Shown in pieces: positions 28,721 to 35,980 of a stretch of DNA of 39,783 nt. Origin of the DNA: a virus (taxonomy: Duplodnaviria; Heunggongvirae; Uroviricota; Caudoviricetes); the IMG/VR virus record IMGVR_UViG_2706794673_000014; one strand, given 5' to 3'. The position numbers and the translations under genes are program-made. Each line of letters begins with the position of its first letter. Position 1 is the stretch's first letter. The notes under the pieces are model-generated. The model did not search any database, had not been told where the DNA came from, and saw only the letters and a program-made list of their open reading frames with translations.

Positions 28721-29183
28721 CCGCCGAACGGCGGGCCTCAAGACCGGGGAGTTTTACCCCCTTTGAATAAATCCAGCGGATATACTGCTTACAGGACGCG
28801 GGCATCTGCCCGGCATTGATAAGGCGCAGGAGCGTGGAGTTGCGAAAGTTCGTTTCACCGGCCCAGAAAATCCAGGAGGCCAGCGCCACCGTCTGACCAC
28901 GGGTAAGCGGCACCTGAACATGACGATCGATAGCCGCAAAGGCCCATTTCATGTCCTTTTCCAGCAGCTCCAGACACTCTTCATCAGTTTTTGTCATCCC
29001 CGGTTTCACATCCGGGCCGGTATGGCCGTAACAGATGGTGGGGGTGCCGGTGGGATCAATGTACGTGGTGTTTTCTTTCCCTTCCCAGTAGCCGGTGTAG
29101 TGCGTGGCAATGGTGAACGTCCCGGCTCCGGCCAGAACAAGGGCAATCAGCTTTTTACGCAGGGGTGCGGGGAGTTTTGGCAT
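28683..29183 (-). CDS. SAR endolysin (T4-lysozyme-like muramidase with N-terminal signal-arrest-release domain)
   Basis: N-terminal weakly hydrophobic LIALVLAGAGTFTIA; catalytic E-D-T region YWEGKENTTYIDPTGTPTICYGHTG. Confidence 0.85.
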   Translation of the reverse strand: MPKLPAPLRKKLIALVLAGAGTFTIATHYTGYWEGKENTTYIDPTGTPTICYGHTGPDVKPGMTKTDEECLELLEKDMKWAFAAIDRHVQVPLTRGQTVALASWIFWAGETNFRNSTLLRLINAGQMPASCKQYIRWIYSKGVKLPGLEARRSADEWLCRYDLPKV

Positions 29184-29195
29184 TGTTACGCTGTC

Positions 29196-29699
29196 TCATG
29201 GTGTTCTCTGAGTCAGCGTAACCGTGAGGAAAAGGGGGCAGGATTTGCGGAATATCANNNNNNNNNNNNNNNNNNNNNNNNNNNNNNNNNNNNNNNNNNN
29301 NNNNNNNNNNNNNNNNNNNNNNNNNNNNNNNNNNNNNNNNNNNNNNNNNNNNNNNNNNNNNNNNNNNNNNNNNNNNNNNNNNNNNNNNNNNNNNNNNNNN
29401 NNNNNNNNNNNNNNNNNNNNNNNNNNNNNNNNNNNNNNNNNNNNNNNNNNNNNNNNNNNNNNNNNNNNNNNNNNNNNNNNNNNNNNNNNNNNNNNNNNNN
29501 NNNNNNNNNNNNNNNNNNNNNCCGCCTGAGCAGGTTCAATCCCCTGACGGTGCAGTTCAGCACTGATCACATCAACCAGGTCCCGCAGCGTGCCGGGCCA
29601 GTTCTTTTTCAGCTCATCATCAGGAATATCATCCAGACGGTCAATCAGCGCGTGCAGCTGTTCGCTGTCACCAAACATGCTCATCTGTGTTTCAGCCAT
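29196..29699 (-). CDS. Mor/C-family transcription activator; only the N-terminal ~59 aa (29521-29699) are readable, the rest lies in N-run 29258-29520
   Basis: N-terminus MAETQMSMFGDSEQLHALIDRLDDIPDDELKKNWPGTLRDLVDVISAELHRQGIEPAQA resembles recalled Mu Mor; position between gemA and lys. Confidence 0.6.
   Translation of the reverse strand: MAETQMSMFGDSEQLHALIDRLDDIPDDELKKNWPGTLRDLVDVISAELHRQGIEPAQAXXXXXXXXXXXXXXXXXXXXXXXXXXXXXXXXXXXXXXXXXXXXXXXXXXXXXXXXXXXXXXXXXXXXXXXXXXXXXXXXXXXXXXXXXIFRKSCPLFLTVTLTQRTP
29258..29520. other. Run of N (unsequenced or masked)
   Basis: Read directly. Confidence 1.
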
Positions 29700-29769
29700 A
29701 CCCGCCTCCGGTCATCATTACACAGGGCAAGTTTAAAATAAAAATCCCGCGCTGTGGCGGGATTTGGGG

Positions 29770-30282
29770 TTAACGGGGGAATGATTTTTCATACAGCCTG
29801 CAAACACGCTCATAACTCATCACTGCACGTTCCGACATATCCAGGGCTGCCAGCATTTTGCGGCGGTGCCAGCGTTTGAGACGCTCCAGCACATCAGAGG
29901 CCAGCGCGGGTTGTTGCTCCAGCCACTGCCAGTTAGCCACACCTTCGCCGTCGTTCTGCGCGGCCGTCTGCGATTTCACCCAGCGGTTAAGGGCCGTTTC
30001 CCCGCCATCAGAGATAAATCCCTGCCGGTGCATCACTTTCCAGATGGCGCGAATTTTGGCGGTCACCGTACCCGGTTTTAAGGCCCGGTTAACCGGCTTC
30101 TGACGCACTTTAAAACCGCGTTTTTTGAAAACATCCAGCACGCGGGATAACTCACCGGGTGACATATCACGGCAACTGGATTTGCCGGTGGCTGCCAGCA
30201 GCGCGGATGTATAGGTATCATGGTCAAGCTGTAGATCGCGTTTTGCGACATGTATTAAGGTAATCAGGGAAGCGCGATTCAT
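29770..30282 (-). CDS. gemA: GemA-like regulatory protein (Mu gp16 family)
   Basis: N-terminal LITLIHVAKRDLQLDHDTYTSALL motif typical of gp16/GemA; position upstream of mor. Confidence 0.8.
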   Translation of the reverse strand: MNRASLITLIHVAKRDLQLDHDTYTSALLAATGKSSCRDMSPGELSRVLDVFKKRGFKVRQKPVNRALKPGTVTAKIRAIWKVMHRQGFISDGGETALNRWVKSQTAAQNDGEGVANWQWLEQQPALASDVLERLKRWHRRKMLAALDMSERAVMSYERVCRLYEKSFPR

Positions 30283-30294
30283 TATCGTGGCTCC

Positions 30295-30324
30295 ATAAAA
30301 AATGGGCGGTGTTACCGCACCGCC
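30295..30324 (-). terminator. Hairpin (GGCGGTG/CACCGCC) followed on the minus strand by a U-run, 18 nt upstream of gemA start
   Basis: 7-bp stem at 30305-30311 and 30318-30324, 6-nt loop; plus-strand A-run 30297-30302. Confidence 0.4.
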
Positions 30325-30352
30325 ATGTCAATTAACATAAAAGGAAAAATCT

Positions 30353-30592
30353 ATGTCAGATATAAAAAATGCACTTGATGTTGCCGCATTCACAATGGCT
30401 GGAAATCTTATGGTAACCCTGTTCGATAAGGGGCTGATTTCCCGTGAGGAGGCAATACATATTATCAATCTCGCTCAAAAAAACTCTACCCCGGAAAATG
30501 CAGAAGATATCCAGGATGGCTCATATATTAATACCGACTGGCATTTCGACAATCTCCGGGCCTGTATGGGGATTACCGCTGAAAAAGATTAA
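30353..30592 (+). CDS. Hypothetical protein, 79 aa, opposite strand to the surrounding early operon, AT-rich
   Basis: ATG at 30353 with AAGGA 8 nt upstream; GC visibly lower than flanking phage DNA. Confidence 0.6.
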   Translation: MSDIKNALDVAAFTMAGNLMVTLFDKGLISREEAIHIINLAQKNSTPENAEDIQDGSYINTDWHFDNLRACMGITAEKD

Positions 30593-30860
30593 AAATTTTT
30601 GCATAATGTTCAGATGTAAGAATTGCTGAACCATCAACACCGAGCCTACGGCGAACGTATTCCTCGCGGGCTATTTTATTATCCAGAGATACAGCATCCT
30701 TAATCAGGTTAATCTCCCGCTCCATTATCAAAAGGGCTTCTCTGGCTGCAAGATTTTCTTTTATCGCATATTCGATAATGTCCCGCATACGTTCAAGCAT
30801 GCCGATTTTAGCCAGTTCTTCGTCGATAGATTTAGGCGCAAATTTGATTTCTTTTTCCAT
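30573..30860 (-). CDS. Hypothetical protein, 95 aa, predicted helical; convergent with 30353-30592 and overlapping it by 20 nt
   Basis: ATG at 30858-30860 with GAGGA upstream; AT-rich. Confidence 0.5.
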   Translation of the reverse strand: MEKEIKFAPKSIDEELAKIGMLERMRDIIEYAIKENLAAREALLIMEREINLIKDAVSLDNKIAREEYVRRRLGVDGSAILTSEHYAKIFNLFQR

Positions 30861-30861
30861 A

Positions 30862-31005
30862 TTATTCATCCTCACAATTTATACATGCAGTGTCGTCGCC
30901 CATATCGCAGTGGTTACATTTTATCTCACCACAATGTGGGCACTCTTTCAGATACTCCGGGTCCTCATTTCCACAGGTGGGACATTCAACAATTTGCTCA
31001 TCCAT
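30862..31005 (-). CDS. Small zinc-ribbon protein, 47 aa, four CxxC pairs
   Basis: Translation MDEQIVECPTCGNEDPEYLKECPHCGEIKCNHCDMGDDTACINCEDE derived by hand; below the ORF-track size cut-off. Confidence 0.5.
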   Translation of the reverse strand: MDEQIVECPTCGNEDPEYLKECPHCGEIKCNHCDMGDDTACINCEDE

Positions 31006-31330
31006 TATGTATCCCCTGTAATTCCGGCAAGGCCGAAAGATGGCACCAGTGCGTCACCTGTCCGTCCTCATCTTCAAGGCAGGCTCCGGTTTCTTCATCA
31101 ATAAAAAAGCCTTCATACCCCATATGGCCGATGCGCAGTTCCTGTTGGTCACCATACTGAACAATCAGCACGACAGCCTCCATATCAGGCGGAAATGCGT
31201 CATCCAGTGAATGCCAGGGATAACCGCGCAAATCCCCGAAATAAACGCCGGTCAGCGTTCCGCCACAGAGCGGCATTCCGGCGGCACACACAAGAGGTTC
31301 ATCTGATTCAACAAATAAGGTCGTTATCAT
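30998..31330 (-). CDS. Hypothetical early protein, 110 aa
   Basis: ORF in early operon; no motif recognised. Confidence 0.5.
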   Translation of the reverse strand: MITTLFVESDEPLVCAAGMPLCGGTLTGVYFGDLRGYPWHSLDDAFPPDMEAVVLIVQYGDQQELRIGHMGYEGFFIDEETGACLEDEDGQVTHWCHLSALPELQGIHNG

Positions 31331-31878
31331 GGCGTTAACTCCCGTAATACAGCGTCCTCGGCAGTCCGGCGACGGTAATAAACTGCGTGAGCAGAATGTT
31401 CAGATATTCCAAACTTTTCGCCAATTTCCCGGAATGACAGACGGCGTGGGTAATCGGAATCACGCAGCTCACGTATAAGACGTACATCATCATCAGATAT
31501 GCGCGTGCCGGGGCGTAACTCTCCGCACTTTGTTAATCCAGCACCAATCATTCCTGCCCGACATCTGACAGAATCTTTATTACGTCCGAGATATTCTCCC
31601 ATTTGCTGGCAGGTCATTGTTCTGGCATTTTTTCGAATAAACTTATCTTCATCAGGTGTAAATCTTGGGTGTTTATATTTCAGTAACTCCGGGTATGAAC
31701 TGCGCAATACACCAGTCCGGTTATATACAGCCCAGACAGTTCTTTTTATTCTGGCAGCAATATCCTTAACCGGGGTGGATGAATAAAGCGCAATCAGCAG
31801 CGCATCTTCTTCAGGTGTCCACGGACGGACATGAGCGGGGGCGCGACCTTTTAGTCCCATGGGTTGTAATTTCATCAT
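31327..31878 (-). CDS. Hypothetical DNA-binding protein with three tandem helix-turn-helix-like repeats (GcrA/SANT-like)
   Basis: Repeats WTPEEDALLIALY..., FTPDEDKFIRKNA..., ISDDDVRLIRELR... each followed by a putative recognition helix. Confidence 0.55.
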   Translation of the reverse strand: MMKLQPMGLKGRAPAHVRPWTPEEDALLIALYSSTPVKDIAARIKRTVWAVYNRTGVLRSSYPELLKYKHPRFTPDEDKFIRKNARTMTCQQMGEYLGRNKDSVRCRAGMIGAGLTKCGELRPGTRISDDDVRLIRELRDSDYPRRLSFREIGEKFGISEHSAHAVYYRRRTAEDAVLRELTP

Positions 31879-31881
31879 GCA

Positions 31882-32397
31882 TCACCCCCTGACTCGCTTT
31901 TCAGCAGCATAAAACTCATCAGACAGTATTTCGGTCATTTTCTGTTTTGCGGGTTTTACGCCGCACTGAAGGTAAATCACATCGTCAACGCAGAACCACT
32001 TCACAGGGCCAAACAGGATTGCCGAGAAATCAATACCCAACCAGAACAACAGCGCATCGGTTCTGGCATACGTGACGGGCGAATATTCACGCCACAGACT
32101 GTTCAGTTCATCAGAGGCAACACGCAGGGTTTTAGGGATACGTGATGTGCGCGGTGTGCAGCTCCAGCCATTCGACGCAGTCGGTTTTCGCCATAAGTCG
32201 CGATGAAAAGGATATTTGTCCTCCGTAAAACGCAGTCCCTTAAAGTAAAATCCACTGATACCGGATACAAATACCGACCGGCACGCAACATTCAGCACGG
32301 CCTCAAGGCGTTTTGCCTCATCCTTAACTTTCTGGCAGTCCTGCTGGTATTTTTGCCACGCAGCCAGCGCGGAAGGGTTTGATGTTTTAAAGAACAT
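31882..32397 (-). CDS. Hypothetical early protein, 171 aa
   Basis: ORF in early operon; no motif recognised. Confidence 0.5.
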   Translation of the reverse strand: MFFKTSNPSALAAWQKYQQDCQKVKDEAKRLEAVLNVACRSVFVSGISGFYFKGLRFTEDKYPFHRDLWRKPTASNGWSCTPRTSRIPKTLRVASDELNSLWREYSPVTYARTDALLFWLGIDFSAILFGPVKWFCVDDVIYLQCGVKPAKQKMTEILSDEFYAAEKRVRG

Positions 32398-32930
32398 TAC
32401 GCCACCTCCGCAGATATCCCGGCAGGCGCTGCTGTCCGGTCAACAATCAGGTAGCGCAGAACATGTTCAGTGATATTCCAGCCGCTTAAACCGCAGATAA
32501 TGACGCCCAGGCGTATGTCGATATACGCCATCACAAACTGGGGCACGCCTTCTTTCATGGCCTGCTCATCAACTTCAGCCACCACATAAACGGTTTCACA
32601 GGTCAGAACGCCCTGAGCAAATTCCCACGCCATCGACGGAATATCATGCCCCTCAATCCATGGCAGGGATTTTCTGAAGCCGCACCACTGAACATCATCA
32701 GCCGCAGATTCCTGGCTGCATTTGCGACGAACCGGCTGCACCGGGCGGGGACGCGGAATATCATAAAAACCGTTACATTCCGTCAGCACGCCTGCATCAA
32801 CCGCATCACGCAGAAAATAAACCATGGAGGATGGCGGCATATTCATTTTTTCAGCCAGTACACCGCAGGTCAGGCGGCCATAAATACACAGCCAGTTTTT
32901 AACCCCTTCAAGCACTTTTGCATCAATCAT
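32397..32930 (-). CDS. Hypothetical early protein, 177 aa
   Basis: ORF in early operon directly downstream of gam. Confidence 0.5.
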   Translation of the reverse strand: MIDAKVLEGVKNWLCIYGRLTCGVLAEKMNMPPSSMVYFLRDAVDAGVLTECNGFYDIPRPRPVQPVRRKCSQESAADDVQWCGFRKSLPWIEGHDIPSMAWEFAQGVLTCETVYVVAEVDEQAMKEGVPQFVMAYIDIRLGVIICGLSGWNITEHVLRYLIVDRTAAPAGISAEVA

Positions 32931-33075
32931 GATTTATTTCCCCACCACATTATTAATGACGATATAAACGTATTTCATATTTCTTAACCCTTATTTTCTG
33001 TTTTCAGGCGCAAGCAGTCCCCTGACGCGAGCGCCATAATTAAAATGAAGTGATATTTAATTGATTAATGCGGTG

Positions 33076-33606
33076 TTATTTATTCAGTCCGGCGTCCTGT
33101 TCAAAAGGCTCGACATAAAAACTTTCAGCGCCTTTATTCACCTTGATACCGGCAATGCCTTTCACAGCATCCGGCTCCGCCAGGACGGCTTCCTTGTTCA
33201 CTTCCTCTTTCGTGCGGATGAAACGCTCAAGCCCCATACGGCGCAGCATTTCAATCACACCTTCCACATCACGGCTGACGCTGCATGATGGCGTTCCCAG
33301 CCGCCATGACACCGTTCCGGTGGTCAGATTGGCTGTTTTGGTTTTGCCGCCGTTCGTCAGCTCATCACGGTTGGTTTTGCACCAGTCCTGAATCCCTTTA
33401 AAAAGCACTTTGATTTGCTTTTTAAGATTTTCAATCTGCGGCGTATAACGGGCGGTGATTTCTGCCACTTCGTCATTCATCGCCGTTTCCAGGCGCAGCG
33501 CCTCTCGCTGAATATCTCCCAGGGTGCGGATATCACGGCTGACTTCTTCCCGGGTCTGCGGTGCCGCCTCGGCTGCGGCCTTTAATTTTGTAACGCGTTT
33601 AGCCAT
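33076..33606 (-). CDS. gam: Gam host-nuclease inhibitor (Ku-like DNA end-binding protein)
   Basis: MAKR...IRTLGDIQREALRLETAMNDEVAEIT...WCKTNRDELTNGGKTKTANLTTGTVSWR...FIRTKEEVNKEA closely matches recalled Mu Gam. Confidence 0.92.
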   Translation of the reverse strand: MAKRVTKLKAAAEAAPQTREEVSRDIRTLGDIQREALRLETAMNDEVAEITARYTPQIENLKKQIKVLFKGIQDWCKTNRDELTNGGKTKTANLTTGTVSWRLGTPSCSVSRDVEGVIEMLRRMGLERFIRTKEEVNKEAVLAEPDAVKGIAGIKVNKGAESFYVEPFEQDAGLNK

Positions 33607-33617
33607 TTTGTTTTTCC

Positions 33618-33911
33618 TTATTGCAGTGTGCCTGATGCTTTATGCACGCGGTGGCGTTTAATGATGGCATCCGCTCCAAAAGACTGTGCAGATGCCTGAA
33701 ATTCCGCTGAGAGAAACTGAATAATTGCAGGACTGTGATACTGGAGAATACTTGCATAAACGTCACAGAGTGACGTCGGCCTGTTATCCGTATCACGTTC
33801 TGTTTTCACATCCACTCCAATCTTTTCATGCACTTCAACACAGTCATTGCCTGCCAACTTTTCGTCATGCGAAACATGATTAAATTCAAAAATAACGCGT
33901 ACTTTGCTCAT
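33618..33911 (-). CDS. Hypothetical early protein, 97 aa
   Basis: ATG at 33909-33911; ORF in early operon. Confidence 0.5.
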   Translation of the reverse strand: MSKVRVIFEFNHVSHDEKLAGNDCVEVHEKIGVDVKTERDTDNRPTSLCDVYASILQYHSPAIIQFLSAEFQASAQSFGADAIIKRHRVHKASGTLQ

Positions 33912-33915
33912 GGAA

Positions 33916-34473
33916 TTACCCCTGTTGATTAAATTCATTACCGTTAATAACCCCGGAAGCCATGCCTCTGTCTTTCATGAATGCACTGGCTTNNNNNNNN
34001 NNNNNNNNNNNNNNNNNNNNNNNNNNNNNNNNNNNNNNNNNNNNNNNNNNNNNNNNNNNNNNNNNNNNNNNNNNNNNNNNNNNNNNNNNNNNNNNNNNNN
34101 NNNNNNNNNNNNNNNNNNNNNNNNNNNNNNNNNNNNNNNNNNNNNNNNNNNNNNNNNNNNNNNNNNNNNNNNNNNNNNNNNNNNNNNNNNNNNNNNNNNN
34201 NNNNNNNNNNNNNNNNNNNNNNNNNNNNNNNNNNNNNNNNNNNNNNNNNAACCGAATCATGGCATTAAAGGCTTCTTCCTCCGTCACCGCTTCCGGTATC
34301 CCCGGAACCAGTAACTGCTCCTGTTCATCACGTCCATGACGCGCCATAACCTCAATCACATGCCGTACCGTGGCAGGCTTTCCGGCAACTATCGGCAATG
34401 CACCTTCCGGCAGGACGTAACCAAACTCAATAAGACCACTCGACCACGCCCATGCAATGAGATTTTTTTTCAC
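33916..34473 (-). CDS. Hypothetical early protein, interrupted by N-run 33993-34249
   Basis: N-terminal 74 aa readable; remainder within gap. Confidence 0.45.
   Translation of the reverse strand: MKKNLIAWAWSSGLIEFGYVLPEGALPIVAGKPATVRHVIEVMARHGRDEQEQLLVPGIPEAVTEEEAFNAMIRXXXXXXXXXXXXXXXXXXXXXXXXXXXXXXXXXXXXXXXXXXXXXXXXXXXXXXXXXXXXXXXXXXXXXXXXXXXXXXXXXXXXXXXASAFMKDRGMASGVINGNEFNQQG
33993..34249. other. Run of N (unsequenced or masked)
   Basis: Read directly. Confidence 1.
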
Positions 34474-34474
34474 C

Positions 34475-34741
34475 TCACACCTCCCAGTAAACCGTGCAGC
34501 CGCTGATGCGGGTGGCCTTCACACGGCGGCGCAGGCCGTTGGTCTGTATGGTGATTTCAATTTCACCGGTTCCCTGCACGTTGCCTACCGGCGGCGTGGT
34601 TTTCAGTGCAAAACGTTGCGGATAGCGCTTACTGCGTTCCAGTACCGCACCGGCAAGTTCGGTCAGACGGCGCGCGCTGTTCAGGGAGTCGAATAAATTC
34701 ATTTTGTTACCGCAGGATTGCATATTCATATAACACCTCAT
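34475..34741 (-). CDS. Hypothetical early protein, 88 aa
   Basis: ORF in early operon. Confidence 0.45.
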   Translation of the reverse strand: MRCYMNMQSCGNKMNLFDSLNSARRLTELAGAVLERSKRYPQRFALKTTPPVGNVQGTGEIEITIQTNGLRRRVKATRISGCTVYWEV

Positions 34742-34969
34742 TTAGCTGACTTGTTTCGCACCAACAGAACGGCATATTCCGCTGTAAACTTCTGTCGCAC
34801 CTTCGCGATCAAGTCCGGCAGATATCACCATTCGTGTGCGGTCATTAAATTCAAAAAGTAAATCGCCACATTCTTTATTTTCGGCCAGTGAAATCACCTT
34901 CACGTTATCGAAATTAACCAGGTAAAAGCGTCCGTAAATATCAGGAATATTAAATACCGCCATAATCAC
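34742..34969 (-). CDS. Hypothetical protein, 75 aa, at the position and size of Mu kil
   Basis: First gene after B; size ~74 aa as in Mu kil; position only. Confidence 0.4.
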   Translation of the reverse strand: MIMAVFNIPDIYGRFYLVNFDNVKVISLAENKECGDLLFEFNDRTRMVISAGLDREGATEVYSGICRSVGAKQVS

Positions 34970-35907
34970 ACCTGTGAGAGTAATTCAGGGTTGGTATAAA
35001 CCTCTTTAAAGGCCGCATTAATATGTTTTTCTGTCAGCGCCGCGCCTTCACCGCTGGCGGTGAGCCACGCCTGGTTAAGCGTATGTGTCAGAACGCGTAA
35101 CGCTCCCGGCTTTTCAGCGATAGCCTGCATGACGGCCAGCTCGGCCTCACCACTGATCCCCCACGCCATGGCAATGGCCAGCACATCCGCCTTTTTGGCC
35201 TTGCGAAGTTGTTTTGTACGGGCAAGACGGCTGAACAGGCGCGATAAATCATCAAAGGCGCGGCGTCCACCTTTAAACAATCCGCGCGGGTTACCAATAA
35301 GCACCATCCCGATCCCCGTGGCGTCCTGAATTGCCCGGAGTTGCTCCAGACCGTCAATACCAAGATGATCCGCCTCATCCACAATCACCAGTCCACGCGT
35401 TCCCATCAGGCGACGGCGGATGGCGCGGGATAATGCCCCTTTGTTCGCGCGGGTGTAATCAATCCCCAGCGCATCGGCCAGCTCCAGCAGACACTCCGTG
35501 ACGCTGGAGTGCGCGGGTGACAGGGTGATCATCCAGGTGTTTGGTTGCTCCTGGCAGTAATTACGGGCAGTGGCCGTTTTACCCACACCCGGTACGCCCA
35601 CAATAACGTTAATACAGCCCATCAGGCGAACCGCCTGAAACAGTGCGCGCAGCTCCTGGACTGTCTGAGTTTCCACAAACTGCGGCGGTTCCGGCAGTGC
35701 GCTTTGTTTATTCCAGTTCTCATACCAGGAGCGCAGGGAAGCAGCCACAGCAGCGTTATCGCCTTTATATTTTCCCTTACGGAAAGCCGATAATGTGCCG
35801 TCGGAAATTCCCGCCTCTCTGGCGATGGCATACTGCGTCAGTACGCCGCCATCAATAAGTTCATCAATGGTCTTGATTACATCGTTAATATCGGTCATAT
35901 TATTCAC
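34966..35907 (-). CDS. B: MuB-like AAA+ transposition target-capture ATPase
   Basis: Walker A VGVPGVGKT, LVIVDEADHLG Walker B, ...KPGALRVL...; closely matches recalled Mu B. Confidence 0.92.
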   Translation of the reverse strand: MNNMTDINDVIKTIDELIDGGVLTQYAIAREAGISDGTLSAFRKGKYKGDNAAVAASLRSWYENWNKQSALPEPPQFVETQTVQELRALFQAVRLMGCINVIVGVPGVGKTATARNYCQEQPNTWMITLSPAHSSVTECLLELADALGIDYTRANKGALSRAIRRRLMGTRGLVIVDEADHLGIDGLEQLRAIQDATGIGMVLIGNPRGLFKGGRRAFDDLSRLFSRLARTKQLRKAKKADVLAIAMAWGISGEAELAVMQAIAEKPGALRVLTHTLNQAWLTASGEGAALTEKHINAAFKEVYTNPELLSQV

Positions 35908-35980
35908 CTCGCTTGAGACAGCATTCTCCGAGACTGAAACCTCAAATAACCTGAGTCACCCCTCGGGTTATTTTTTTATT

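Noticed and set aside
28220-28741. i-spanin starting at 28741
   Set aside because: That start overlaps the endolysin gene by 59 nt and adds a Cys-rich N-terminal extension; an internal start is more plausible but cannot be fixed from sequence alone.
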